Assembly (NCBI GenBank): GCA_976226885.1
Contig: OZ320314.1
Location: 30,938,001 to 31,002,000, forward strand
From: Iphione sp. A-MEVVRFRX5
Lineage: Eukaryota
Length of the DNA: 64,000 nt
Reading direction: 5' to 3'
Shown here in pieces: positions 24,061 to 38,388 of the stretch (position 1 is its first letter; each line of letters begins with the position of its first letter). A program made the translations under genes and the position numbers. The notes under the pieces were generated by a model that was not told where the DNA came from, searched no databases, and saw nothing but the letters and a program-made list of their open reading frames with translations.

Positions 24061-27039
24061 TACAATCCAAGCATCAGAAGCGGCAGTTTCAGCCTTGGAA
24101 GATAGTGACTAGATTATTTAGGTTCTATGATCAATTAAAAAAGCACCGACCTACGGATGTTTTGTTTACTCAGTAGGTTACCAGAAAAAACAGAAACTAT
24201 CTTTAGGTCAAATTGTATACATATACATATACTTCTTATCTACTCATCATGTTTTTTTAGATTTACGAGATGCATATTAGGTATGGAATAAGAGCAGCAG
24301 AAAATAACACAAAAGCAATCACAAACGATGGAAACTGAGTAGTAGTGTAACCTGTCGATCTGGAGGTATGTAAAGCACAGTGTCCTGATTTCGTTGCTTT
24401 TTCTCATGTAATACTGGATTGACCCATTTGTTTCGTTAACATCGTTTACATCTATACATCTAATGTTACCCAGAGGATGTACACCAGTACTTTATGAACA
24501 TTCTATGCCTGTAAATTGATTGTATTGTCAATAAATTTTAATGATATGTTTACAGACCAACATGTTAATTATTGTTAAATGAGGGGATTGCTGTTCTGAG
24601 GCCTTTCTGTATTCGTTGTATTAGTTAATAGTTGATTTGTGGGCCAATCGCTCAAACTCAGTGTGTTTGCCAAGTGAAAATCACAGTTCATTTTAGGTTT
24701 CGTAGTAAGCGTCACGTTATAATGCAGAAGGGTCACTCCCGGATGGAGTGAGGAGCATTGATATATATATGACAGGTGAAAGCTGTGTATTCTGAAGCTT
24801 CATGCGATCGTATTATTTCCTTTTTTGGCTGTATACGTTCGGGCAAGTTCAGTGTGAAAAGAAAATCTATTTTGAAATGTCGCGGTTGGTAATGGGTCCT
24901 AGTGTTGGATGTTATCACAAATGCAGGATCCCTGGAGATAAATATGTACTGTATGCTAATGAAGGATGCTTCATGGCGTGGCCTCAACCAGCGATCAATA
25001 GCCAGACTGGTAGACGCAAACATTCCAGGTACGCCAACAATGGTCTCCGCTTGCTTTGGAACTTTAATATTATACACATTTCAGTCGAAACCATTAGAGA
25101 ATAGACTTTTGCTCCCATAATGAGAAAAGTACTAGTCTAGATTAAGTACTAGACTACGCAATTTATTATATGTTGCACACAGAATATTGCTGCTGGTTCA
25201 GAATGTTTTCTGTCACAAAGCGTCTCTCTTAGCGTGTCGCGAAATAAAATGTATTGCTTACAATAAATTCTGCACTACTGTCCTCAATAAAAAAGAGTTC
25301 AGTGGTTTTATAGTCTTCGACAATAGAAGTATCATAATTATCAATATTCTCCTTTTTCTTTCAGACACATTGCATTCAAACAGGTTGTTTACCGCCACTG
25401 TGGTACTGTGATTGAGAGCTTTTAGTTGACAGTGATTCAAAAGTGGGATACTGCTACACGTAGTGTAATACGTGGTTTAGAAGGGGAGATTACAGTTTCC
25501 GATATTGGAATATTTCCATTCAACAATAATAAGGAATATATGTTAAGGACAACACATTTTTAAGTATAATCCATTACGTGAGGAATTTGCATTATAATCG
25601 ATGAAATAAACTAAAAGTGTATCACCAAAGGTATCAGGGTTTAGGCAAGTAAGTTTTACAAGCCTAAATTGACATTAATGTCCAAAATATACAAAGGCTG
25701 GTGAAGGGTGAGGCGGAAAAAAGAGTAACTCATTATTTAATGTAGTTTGAATGGAGCAACTCACAACTTACCAATTGCCTCATACAGCTCTTGGTACATA
25801 CCTGAAACTAAATAGTACAAAACTTAGTTTCATGTGTGGAAATGGATGGCCTGGGACAGGTTACTATGTCACTAGTCCCTAGAGCATCCATTTGGGTTGG
25901 TGATGGTATCTTAAACACTACCTACCTCCATTTCTGCATATTAGTGGTTCAAGTTTATCTACTTTATGAAGTATTGATAGAGACAAAAGATCGATCAGAA
26001 ACGGAACATCAAAACAAGATCAACCTAATGTAAGAAAACAAAGGGAATAAACGATTTGATTATGTGGAGTTATTATGTAAGACATTCTTCTTTTACACTT
26101 TAGACTCTCGTTAAAAGTATGAATTATCATGCATTGAAGAGCAAATACATTAATATCTATCTGGCATTGATGCCAGAGATCAAAGAACTATTATTAGTCA
26201 TTCATTTGGTTTATAGAAGAGTATTACTTATCTAAGCTTTATCATTCCCAAGGCCTAAAATACCAAATCTGCTCTCTTGCAAATCTGTATTTTTACAGAC
26301 CCGTGCTATCGTTGTGCCCTTCAACCCACAGATGCCAAGACATCTGTACAGATGGCTTATGACAGGGTAACTTTTGTTATCCAGAAATGATCGGGGTCAG
26401 ATGGAGCAGCCCCTCGATCAAACCTGGACGTTGGGGGTAGCTGCGAGGGGGGGGGGCATGTAGGTACAATCAGGTAAGGTCAGTGTGTGACAATGTAATG
26501 TACGTAAGTGCCATATGACCAAGTAAATGATATTGTATAGGTACACTGAAAAACAAAACCCTCGAACTGACATATTCATACACCAACGGCCAGAATTATT
26601 CAGAAGTTTAGTAATAAACATTTTTGTGACATTTCACATATTTTACTGTTTATCGTATCCAAAGCCATGCTTAACTGCACAATTTCATGTGAAATTCACC
26701 ATGATTGTAGTTCTGGGTTTGATTAGAAAGATTTGTTATGCAACACGTGATACGTCAGTATCAGATTTTAGTTTTAACACACGCACTGTTTATCCCAAAA
26801 GGATGCCCATCAACAATACTACATAACGCCGTTTGACAAAGCTTCTAAGATGCCCGCGGTCTTGCAAGTATACTTAGGCAAATACTTGTCTACGTCATGG
26901 GCTCCTTTGCAGATGTATAATCAACACCTGACTTGGCCAATTGGACGAATCATTACTTTCGACTGAATAAACTTGTAAAATATACGTCAATCTCCAGAAA
27001 TGTGTTTCGGTTAGGAGGTAGATTTAATACCGATTTGTT

Positions 27040-27155
27040 GCTGTTTCTGTCTGGTTTTTCTCTCTGTCGCTGTTTCTGTCTGGTTTTTCTCTCTGTCGCT
27101 GTGTCTGTCTGGCGTTTCTCTCGGTCGCTGTCTCTGTCTGGCGTTTCTCTCGGTC
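27040..27155. repeat. 29-bp minisatellite, 4 copies, with a degenerate tail to about 27188
   Basis: The unit gctgtttctgtctggtttttctctctgtc starts at 27040, 27069, 27098 and 27127. Copies 1-2 and copies 3-4 form two subtypes. It explains ORFs 26933..27190 and 27011..27358. Confidence 0.95.
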
Positions 27156-28601
27156 GCTGTCGCTGCCTCGCTTTCTGTCTCCCTCTCTAATTTGTCATCG
27201 AATAGGACAACGTTACAACATATCCTGTAAGGAATATCACAGCATCGTGCACTAGTTGTGCGATTCATAATTACTAAGAACTCTGTGAGAATATCTACTG
27301 GAGAAGTACACGCTGAAATAATTTGAATATTCTGAGAAAAGTGCACGTTTTGATCCAAAACGTCTCGATTGGCCCATTAAGCGTAATAATCTACGATTCG
27401 TCTAAAATAAAGGGGACTTGTTATTCTGAGGTGCTCCGATATTTTTATGTCTGATTGCTGCATCGACCGAGCAAAATGGAAATGTCACCTAGAGTGTAAT
27501 TCGGTTAAGTCTAGAAAGGATCAAAATCTGCTAGGGAAGGAAATGAACAAATCTGCTTCGGAAATCGCAGGTTTCGACAGAGAGCCGGGAAAATGTGTCA
27601 GGGCTCTTTCTAGATGTCACCGAATATTTATGAGCAGCTGAAGAGACGAGTGCATTGTTTTAAACAGAAACACGTGTACTTCTATACGCAATTCAATATC
27701 TGGGCAAGACAAATGAGTCTCGTTGGTATATAATTGATGGCTTTCACGAAGAAATCTCCCCGCTGATGGCTAACCCCAGGGGACTTCGAGTATAGCATCA
27801 AGCAGTTGGCGAAAATCCGAATCACACCCACACTGAGCAAAACCAGAGGTCTCTAACCGACAATAATGTTTGAATTTGCCCACACTCATGGGTAGACAGA
27901 CAGTATGGCGCTGTTTCATGACAATTCTACTACATATAAAGCATTTCTGATTACGTAGACATTTATACGACGGATTGTGGATTTTCATTCCTCTGAAAAA
28001 ACTTATGTTGCTTTGTTTGCAAAGGGTACAATCCATCGTACGGGATGGCCATAGTGATAAATGAGAAAATGCGGCTATAGATTTCTGCCATGTCCGATTG
28101 AAATGCGACTTCAGTTTCAACTTAATCAATAAATTGGGGTCTGTAATGGAATATTTCTGAATATTTTATAAACTGTGCTGTTTCAAAAAACGACTGATGA
28201 TTGTACGGGGTGGTGACGGAAAGGATTTTTTGCAATGCTGAATTGAGGTTTTTATTCCACTTTAAAGTCAACCATTCTAGAGATATTTATGGTGATGTAA
28301 ACGTTTGTGCAAAAACTTTGAAATTGTTCTTGATTAAAGCGGACAATTACATGTACGAACCGAATTTCAATGAATAATTTAGAAATACCTGGAAACTACC
28401 CAATGAAATGAGATACCTTTACTCTGAGTGAATTAAATGTTGATATCAATAAATATAAAGCACCCTCCAAAAAGATTTATCCTATTTCATCCAATAAGAA
28501 TTATGAGAAAACAGTGTACATGTAGATGCCAGGAAATACTGATTACGAGAAGCAAGATTGTCCTGGATGAGGACTTGTTTTTACAAATACCGACATCAGT
28601 C

Positions 28602-28606
28602 TTATT

Positions 28607-28637
<31 letters not shown>

Positions 28638-28646
28638 TTATTATTA
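28602..28646. repeat. (TTA)n microsatellite
   Basis: Directly visible with one interruption; explains the poly-Leu ORF 28437..28697. Confidence 0.95.
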
Positions 28647-29126
28647 TCATCAATTTTATTATCAAATTATCATTGTCATTCAATTAAGCAGCAATGAAAC
28701 TGGCCTTGAACACCTACCACAACCCTTATCGTAATCTGCGTTATATATGGGTGACATTCTTGTACTAACAATCCGTATCAGGCTGTCTAGTGGTATGATG
28801 CCCATGATTAGTGAGGCCGTGTGTAATGCTCTGGATGTAAAGTGCATCGCCCTATTTCCTCTACGACTGCGTTTACTGGGCGTTGTTTAAGGCACGCATA
28901 TATTTATCCTTGGTAGAAACCGCCATATTCCGAACACATACACAGCATATGTGGATGCGCATTTATGCTTGCATAAAGCGCGATGACAAGTGGGCAGTGG
29001 CTGGTGGATTCTATCAGCAAAAGGGGGCGCCAAATATTGCATCATCATCGACCGTGACGTGAATAATGAAGCGCGGATGACTTGTTGGGTGGCGTAATAC
29101 GCCCTCTAACGAGCCAGCTCCCATCG

Positions 29127-29142
29127 CCGCCAGAGGGTGCTG
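29127..29142 (+). promoter_or_regulatory. CTCF-like motif in a CpG-rich patch, next to an ETS core (CCGGAAG)
   Basis: CCGCCAGAGGGTGCTG is close to the CTCF consensus CCASYAGRKGGCRS. Motif match only. Confidence 0.4.
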
Positions 29143-29849
29143 ACCGGAAGAGCGTAGAAGCTGCGCAGGACTGGCTGCGCCGTCGTTGAGTAGTTAACAA
29201 TGGCTGAGCAACAGATGTTCGCTGTGCCTCACGTGTGTGCTATTCGCCTGGGCCGATCGAAGAACATCCGGCCGTGTGTATACATGTACATATTGAGAAG
29301 TCCTTGGTAAAGAACCCCCGGAGTACCGCAAAGTCTATATAGCATGAAAATAAAATATGAACCAGGGGAAAGTATCATCACACAACAGTGTATATGATTC
29401 AATAGGAGAACATGCCTGTTCAAAATCATAAATCAGCATCCAACCTACATGAAGCACTCTAAGCAAAACGATCACAGTCCAGTATAATTCGTCAGGATAC
29501 ACTTGGAAGGAAGGTACAGGTACGAGTGAGTGGAGCAAATATGGCTCTTATAAGATTAACGGGGGCTACATTAGGCCGAGTGGCATGGGTAATTGGTCCG
29601 AATATATTCCACAGACGCCGTTAGTATTCGACAGCAGTCAATTTTCTTCACTATAATAACAGCTGTCATTTATTCTAAACATGTTTTCCATCGCGAGGAT
29701 TAGTAGCTACAGGGACATATCCATGTTTATTATACATGCATATGAATCCTCCAGGTTATTATAACCATTATGATTTAGTTTAAAATATGTATGTTCTGAA
29801 GCAAAACGAAATCTGTTACATCTATGTCGATGGTCTTAGACGAACCGCT

Positions 29850-30280
29850 CTCTCTGGAGTTGTTTCTCCTTGGTAACCGAGATAGGCTGTGTCATCCGCT
29901 TGCCTCCCCAAGTTCCTACGACCCCGTACTGTGCAACCACCATTCTTCCTCCCATCAAAATGTAATCGATCATTTAACAAGACGGATAACCTTACAATGA
30001 CAGCTGCCAAAGACCTCGTGACGAAAGAAATATGACACGAAATAAATGAACCTACGATGGACACGACAGTGGAAGGAAGTAGAACTGATTGTCCACTACT
30101 GTCCTATCTGTTCCCTGAAGGGACACAAAACCTCAAAGCAAAGCAAAAAGTGAGATTGATGCTGGATGGAACGACTGCATCCGGGTAAGGGATGCATCGC
30201 TACGATATTGTCACTCCCGAATCCTCGTTTGAGAAAATTCCGTTCTCTTTGAGAACATATCGCCCATGGATCTTACTGGC
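29850..30280 (+). mobile_element. Possible degenerate Gypsy-type integrase zinc-binding fragment
   Basis: WTRQWKEVELIVHYCPICSLK (about 30056-30122) resembles the HHCC C-terminal half (WxxMxKEVxxxVxxCxxC). It is followed by FENIxxMDLTG (about 30249-30280), which resembles PFExIAMDxxG. Stops are present. Confidence 0.35.
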
Positions 30281-33200
30281 GAGAGGGAGATGCTCCTGTT
30301 AAAAGGGTTGTCTGACGTCGACATCTATATCGACCTTCTTCCGCAACGTAGTTTTAGCTTCACGTTCTACATGGAGTTCAAGACCCTGCAAGAACAAAAT
30401 CTGACTTTTTCTTAGCTTCGCTGGTCCCTTAACAAAGTATTCGTTTCAAATACCCTGCTTTAAGGTTGGATGTGCGGAAAGTCCTTTGTAAAGCACAGTT
30501 GGTCTTGGGATTCAGAACAATTCGCAAAGGTCCAACAGGCACAGTCGGAAATCGGCTGATAAAGCGACGGATGCCTCGCTTGGTTATTTTGCAAATAACA
30601 CCTGTGTTAAAACCTGACGAGCCTAACCAGACTCCCAGGAAAGTGTCACTGAAAACAGTGTGCCTTAAAGATAATTTTTTCGATTACGCAGAAACAAAAT
30701 ATAATATTCGTGTTCACGCAGTAACCTATTATCAATATTATTTATTTTTTGTGATAATGGGATTCCTTCTCCTAAAATGTGCAGAAGATGAGATGTAGAT
30801 AAGGCATCAGATGAGTGCGTTCTACGTTTTATTAATGTTCTTGCTGTTTTATGGCAAGTTTTTTTTGTCGCGAAAGTCAGTTGTGCTATGGCTGTTAATT
30901 TCACGTCGTCAACGGATCTATCGAAGCAATTGGAACCAGAACAACCGACCTTGCTACAATGCCAAAAATATCAGTGTGCCTGCATAGCACCTTAAGCCGG
31001 AGTGGGGCTGGGCAAACAAGCGAGGCCCGACTGTTTGAAAGCCTTCCCGAATCTTCCTGTTTGAATACCTCCTGACAATCGCGTGACAATTCCAAATGAA
31101 AAGCCCAATGATGCCCTGAGGGGAAACTTTCGGCCCACACCTTAGGGCTGAAGCCTTCTCTTGGAGCAATAAGAGCAAAGGCGTGGATGGCAATCTGATC
31201 ATTGAGGGTTAGCATCTCAGCTAAGTGTAGTCAATCCGTTCATTCATTTTGCTGCAATTTCTTGGCTTTTTTTTGCATATTCCTGCCGGAGTTATCTGGC
31301 CGGGTACTGCAGAATGCTTTCGGCTTGTGTTGGTTTTGTTGCCAAAACACGGACAGTGGCACTTACCCCTCGACTGACCGCAAAGAAGCCAGAAGGATCC
31401 CACCAAAAGAACGGTTTTTTCCCGGCAACCCAAACACACTCCTCTCTACACATCTGCTCATTTTACTGTCAGCTGTTGCCCGACTGCCAGCCCATGGCTA
31501 GTAATGGTGGTCACACACCGTACACAATGCCACCCAGGGATCCTGTTTAACAGAGCCCAGGAAGCCCCTCCAGGAGAGAGATTGGATCCGTGGCCTGCAG
31601 CTGGCAAATAGCTAGATTAATGCGTTTCGCGTGTGCGCTTGTATGATTAGGCCTTCTTTGCCGTATAGGTATAAATAGGTACATATGTCTAAATTCTCTA
31701 GACATGCAGATATATAAGCTCCCTTTGTGTTTCTGCATTCAAAGTGGTGTGTTGAAGTTAATTTTTAAAGGCGTTTGGAGTCTGGAAATCTTACAGCGGA
31801 GCGTTAAATGCTGGGGAGACGCAAATGATACTTTGGCTACCAACTCTGAAATGTCGAGAGTCACCATCTACCCACCCTGTTTTTAACCTATGCTCCAGCA
31901 GAAGGTTATACGAAAAGCAAATCCTATTAAAAAAAGATTAAACCATCGGTGGAGATTATGGGCTGTCAAACATCTTCAATAGGGAGTTCTACCATGGGAA
32001 AAGAGCAGGACAGAAAAGACATTTATGGGGGCTTTGGAAAGCACAAATAGACTTTCGGATATCTGTTAGTAGCAAATATGTATTTTGTCTATTCATTATA
32101 AATCACATCTCGACAAAGTATAACTGTATCAAGGTCTGAAATGTTTTGAAACTGTGGTCAACTACACTGAGGCTACATTGTATTTCAAGCGGCTGATTCT
32201 ATGATTAGCGCTGATGATCAGTCCTGATCTTGTTATTTTACAGTCCAGGCGTCAACGCTAGCGGGTAATAATCAATTACCTCGACCAGGACACAGACAAT
32301 AGGGTGGCGCCTCAGAGAGTCCTCTTATTATGATCTATTGGAAAGGCCTGTCTGTGAAGATGATGGATCGTAACCTCACATTCGTGGTATAATTTGACTC
32401 TCACTAGAGGCACGCTCGAGGAGTGTGAGCAGGTGTGTTTGAATAAGAGGTTCACTTATTATCGAAGGGACGTTCTATATCCGAAAATGACTCGATTCCT
32501 CAGCCAAAGGTAGACAGCTTCTTGAAATTGTAAGGAAAAGTGAAATGATGCCTTGAAGGAAATACACTTAGATACTGTGGGAAAGGTGGCATATTTCTGC
32601 ACACTGAAAAGAGTTCCAGTGAATCAATTATGCTATGTCAATAAAGACATGGTCTCCCTAATGTAGCGTACTGTCATATTATTGAAACAATATGAACCCC
32701 AAACTGAACTAATATACATAGTAGGATTGTACAGTAATGTAAGTACTGGATGCTGTCCTTATATGATTTGATTATATATTGAAAGGGAACAGAGAACACG
32801 GCCGTTCAGCTTAATAACATATTGACTGTATAGTCATCCCTTATTTACCGACGACTACATAAACGACAAATTCCTGTCTCACGACATTTTCCACAGGATA
32901 ATTCAATAACCGAAAATAGTCGTATAACCAACCAAAGCATATGCGACCTCTTGAATGGCGTCACTATGTATTTCACTTATTTATTAGTATCATACTGTAG
33001 TACCGAAAAACATATGCTGGATAGGCATATAACTATGTATACGTATCTACTGAGTAACTTAAATGATTAACAGATGATTCCATATACGCAAACCAAATGG
33101 AAAATACCGATTTCGATTCGGTTTGTCTATAGTGGGTATGCGTTTTGACCTTGAAACGGGGACTAAATTGGCCCTCCCACCATCCCAACACACATACACA

Positions 33201-34639
33201 CATCCATATATTTAAAGTGTGGACATCCTCTGAGTTAACAAGAACACTATGCTCTTTACTTTCTGAATATTCTGCACAGTATTGTGTATTGAACGTGGTT
33301 ATATAACACGAAAAAGCTGCCGTTATGAACCGTGTTAATAACTAACCGCCCAACCGCATTAGGTCCGGTAGGACCTTAATGCTAGGATGATCCTAATCCT
33401 TTCACTGTGCTTATGGCACTGATCTAAACGGCCCTCGCGTCCTCGTGTGATTAACCCCAGATCTACGCCCGGCCAGGCTATTCTTCTCGCCTAATCGCTT
33501 CAGCTTTCTCTTATCCACTTTCCTTGGTCCCCATCCTAACGAACACGATAAAAAAACGCACCGTGGTATTTCCTAATTCTACACGCGTTCAGGCCCCGCG
33601 TGGGACTATTGTGTCTTCGTCAATTCGGTTCGAGGCCCTCTTGTTCCCTTCACATTTCCCAGGACGCATATTTGTGTTCTCTTTTACCTCTTTAACCCGT
33701 GATGTACGTCCCTGGCTGAACTAGTCCTTTCTCCCCTCTAGACTAATCCTTGTTTTCTAGTGTTATCTCTCTTTCCACTTTGGTAATAACGAAGTAGCAT
33801 TTATATTTAATACATCAACATTAGCAAGCTTTGTCGAACAATGGTGCTCAACTTATAGCTGTTCATCTTAATCTGTCACACTCTGTTAGTGTCGTATACT
33901 GCCCTAGCGTCTTTTCGTCTCTCTATCAAACGTGTACCTCCCATTGCTGTTGTTTCCAGAAGTGTTTCCGATGAATGGGAGGGTAGGAACCTTAGAATAT
34001 GGATGGTTTATGCCATAGGGACCCAAGCTGGAGGCTTATTAGGTTTATCGTCGGGGTACACGGCAAAGCCGCCTTGCTGGGTAGGTCAACGAGGGTCATC
34101 ACATCAGACTTCATGTCGAATACTGTCGCTCAGCCATCGAGAAGAAGCATTCAGGAGAAGGGGCAGCGACAGCAGCAGCCAATTACTACAGTGTCAAACT
34201 AGCATCTGTTTAGGGTGGTTTTCCTGGAGACTATAGGCCTACTATTGTTCTGCTGCTACTGTAGCGACCACTCCTTACCTCTTCATATGTTTCCCACTGT
34301 CTGTACCTCTGCGTTCCTTAACATTTATCAGTCCCCCCACAACCTTATGAGAGAGGAAGTTTTGTATGTATTGTAGACAATTTTACCAAAAAAGAGATGT
34401 GAAATCAGTAGTGCCGGTGTCAAGACTGTATTCCTTTCAAATCAATGGTTTATATAGCCTTTGTCAGTAGTAACAAGCCAATCAGAGCCCTGGTCAACCA
34501 GCTTAACCAATCACAGCAGGGTTCCATGGTTTGTTACAATATGGCACTTCTTAAGAATGTATTGGACCAATCTGTATTAAGGTTTCAGGTCTTGCAACAA
34601 TGTATCAACCTTTAGAATGTGATATCAACCAATAGCCCA

Positions 34640-35400
34640 CTCTCCATACAAGGAGCAGTGGGGTGATATGCTCCGCCAATCAGGTAGTCCCAGCCAAATA
34701 AGGGACAGCAGGAAGTTTTAGGGAAACCATTCAGAAGGTAGACACTAACAGTGGAAATTTCCATGATGTTACTAGTGCGGTGCATTATGGGGTGGTACTT
34801 AATAGATGGTGTGTTATAGGCTGTGGGTGTTGTGTGCCAGCTTATCAGGTGGTGCACTACCTTGTCTGCTGACCAGGCTTGTGACTCCAGACTCACACAA
34901 CTATTTAAGTGAGGAGCCTAACAGTATTGTTTTACAGGGGGTGTTTATAAAGAAGAATGAATAACCTATTTCTCTTCTTTTTACATGTTTCATTCCAAGG
35001 GGAAAAACTTCTCTTTGACTATTGAAAACAGGAGGCTTTTATCACTTCTATTTACATTGAAATGGCTACCGATAAAGGCAATTTACAATTGTTCACATTA
35101 AGTTCACCTCACCTAATCACTCAGTAGAGCATTAATGGATAAAGGCAAGCATTATTCAACCAATTAGAGTTATTCAACTGCTCAGGGAAATTCCCGTAGA
35201 GATCATCAATTAGATATGGAACCCAACTCTCATCAAAATTATAAGTCGTGACACAACCGTCTTAGATACGGTGACACTGCTACATCAGTTTGTCCATAAG
35301 CTATTGAATCCAAGATGTCTCTCAATGTCAGTTGAAGAGTATGAACAGTAAGTATCTTACATAGGGGCAACATATAAAGGATATATACTTGTGAAGGCTG
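34640..35400 (-). mobile_element. Possible ancient L2/CR1-like LINE reverse transcriptase remnant
   Basis: Broken frames give TLQLTLRDILDSIAYGQTDVAV / SKTVVSRLIILMR (similar to TALLxxxxDILxxxDxG...DLSKAFD), and EHITPLL further 3' (similar to the L2 HITP motif). The match is very weak. Confidence 0.25.
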
Positions 35401-38360
35401 GATTTAATTTCATTTGCCCATGTTTCTAATACGTCTTTCAATGATATGTTTTCGTGCTTTCGGAGTCTATAAATAAGAGGGGATTCATGTAAATGTACAT
35501 GGTTTTAGGCTTAAACAGAGACCGTATTTTGAATTGGAGCGTGTATCATTTTTCACGGCCACAGCTCCCTTTTGGGCAGAGAGGTATACATGCTAAAATG
35601 GAACGGACAGCAGAGGAATGGACAGACAAGGTATAGAAATGGACACACAAATAGCACATATTACATCAAATATGCTTCTTCCAGACCAATTTATTCACAA
35701 ATCACCCAAATTTTATAAAGTCCGCCCGTTTCAGACCAATATATACAGGAATAACTCAAATTTTGCCAAATCTGCCCTTTTTCATACACATTTATACGTA
35801 GAAAACGTAGATAGTTACATACATACATTATGTCAATCTGTCTATAGGCACTCCAATGGGCAGTAAAAATGCACGTACACATTGGCATAGATCTGTTTCC
35901 CTCTTATCTATATACGGACATACGCATGGGCGCGCACAGACCATGAACATATGGATACATGGAAATAACAGCCTAAGTTCATGTTTTTAAATCATTAGTC
36001 CACCGTTAGTCCAGCGTTTAGAGTAGCAGTAAGAAGGACATGTATATTTTGTCAACCTATGAACTGATTGATAAAATCATAATGAATGTAGAAATCCTTA
36101 TTTTACGGTGATTGTCTGTAGAATGTTCGAGGTAAATGACACTGACAGCAAGGCTGAAGATCAAACAGATGCAGGCTAAGCCAAACAGCAACTGACATGT
36201 TGTTTTATGCAGAGTGGGTGGACTGTGATCGTGGCTAGGAGGTGAGTCGGCATCCTGTTTGCGCAGAAGTTTGTTTTTGTCTGTAACTGCTTCGACCAGG
36301 ACAATGTTGTAAAACTGCATCTATGCAGAAGTTGGATTGGAGTCGAGTCCAATGAATTGTGGTTGACTTTTCATATACATATATTTTACGCTCGAAAATC
36401 AGCCAATACGCCCTGATTGGTAGAGCAGCATAAATTATACCAAATAATATGTGAAGCAGGTCTTATCTGGTGCAATCCTTGGAGGTATAGCACCAAGCAG
36501 TCTGGTGGAAGTACGAAATCTCTGTATACAGTTTTATTAATTTTCCCGAATTAATGCAATTACGAATTGAACTTGTCCTCAACACGGCACTACTTATATT
36601 TGTACTCTGTCCATTGTGTACACTGTCCAACAGGAGAGTGGTGCATGCGATTTTGTTTTGGAAGCCTCCATAAAAGTGTAGAATCAGCTGCAATAAAAAA
36701 ATCTTTTATGGATCAATCTATGTTTGCTTCAAGTTTCAAATAACGTAGTAGGAATATAGGCATTCGGGACTGAAATCGTACGTACTGTGGGTTGCTGACC
36801 ACCGATACACCTAGTAGAGTGCGGTACAGCTGATCTGGTGCCAGTAATCTTCAATGTCTAAGTTGACCTCCTGACCGCTAGCAAGAAAAGCTGCTAGATT
36901 GATACCAGTAATCTGCAATATAAGGTCGACCCCTTGTTCGCCAGGAAGATAACTGATTCTCACGCCTAGTTACTCTTTTCCATTGTGAACTTGATCTTTC
37001 TGCTTTGAGACACCTACAAGATATGTTGAGTATTATTATTCTTACAGTGTGCTTACAGCGACCAATACGTCTTCAAAAATGCATTCATTCATATCTAGTT
37101 TTTGCGTGGTTCTTTTTTTCAATATTCGGCATTTTTTCTATCAGATCAGAGGTGCATAAAGCATACCTATTACCAATGAGGCGGTAAGGAAACTGGCCGT
37201 GAGTCATAATTTATCTTTGAAAAGCATCCCCAACAAGGCCCCTATCCTACAAGTCCAATTTAGTCTTGGACAAGAAACACTGAGTAGAGGTAGAAATAGT
37301 GGGAGATAGTAGGGGGAAGACAGATGCCCGGGTAGTGGGAATTGAAAAAGATACCAGGAGAGAAGGAGAAGAAACGTAAGTAGACATGATGCGGGTATGC
37401 AACACAACATGGCAAATCCCCTCGCTAATTAGCATGGAGACCAGGTGGTTGAAAGGACCGCAGGGAGTTTACACCTTTACCCTTGGAAGTCGGAGGTGCC
37501 GCGAACCTAGTCATAACCACCTTCCTAACACAATAACAACGGGTGTGCTTGGGATTCTTAATGCTGTTTACAAAACGAACCCACCGACCGGGCAATAGGT
37601 ATACCCTAAGCCCGAGGCAATGTCTTCTTCCTGACTGGCTAGAAACACATGTACAGGTACGTGCGTGAAAGTCTAAAGACAAGGAAAATATACATGGAGG
37701 TCGTTTACATTGAAGGGAGACGATTATATTATTCTGTCCCTAAAAGGAAAGCACAGTGATCTTTACATATATTGACTATGGATATTGTTCTGAATCTACA
37801 CCGTGATGGACCATCATATATATGCACAGAAATTCTACTAGCTTTCGGAAAACGACCGGTACTGAATGCTGAATAGCTTTAGCAAAAATGCCATTTAGAG
37901 CAGCAGCGTACTCCCAAGACTCGAAAAGACTCGGGTGGGACAGTTAATGCATCTCATTGTGAACGTGATTCACTATGGCTACAGGGTGGCCATACTGCAC
38001 AATAAATGGCACGTGGGCGTGTAGAGTTTCAGCCAACAACGATATTCAACAAAGTGAACCGGGCTTTGTTAGGTATACCGTGCGTATCCATGTATGTGTA
38101 TATAAAATGTGTATCGAAGGACAAAAGGACATAATGAAGAAATAAATAAATAATACAGAGAATGGAAAATGAGGGCTTCTCTGATTCGATGATTATTTCA
38201 ATAGCATTGTAAATCTGTTCACTAAACGGAATATGAGTAAACAGTTCGCATGCTGGTTATCTTCAGCCATTAATCTTACAGAAAGCACGTAAAGACGTAG
38301 GGATAAAGACGGTAGCTAAGGACAACTTAACCTTTAATTATAATCCCTGAGGATTTAAAG

Positions 38361-38388
38361 ACACACACACACACACACACACACACAC
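38361..38388. repeat. (AC)n microsatellite
   Basis: About 14 AC units. Confidence 0.95.

Noticed and set aside
31367-31470. Strong minus-strand donor GG|GTAAGT
   Set aside because: The ATG-initiated frames end in phase 0 or 2, and the phase-1 frame has an upstream stop and no ATG, so it cannot be tied to the gene as a coding exon.
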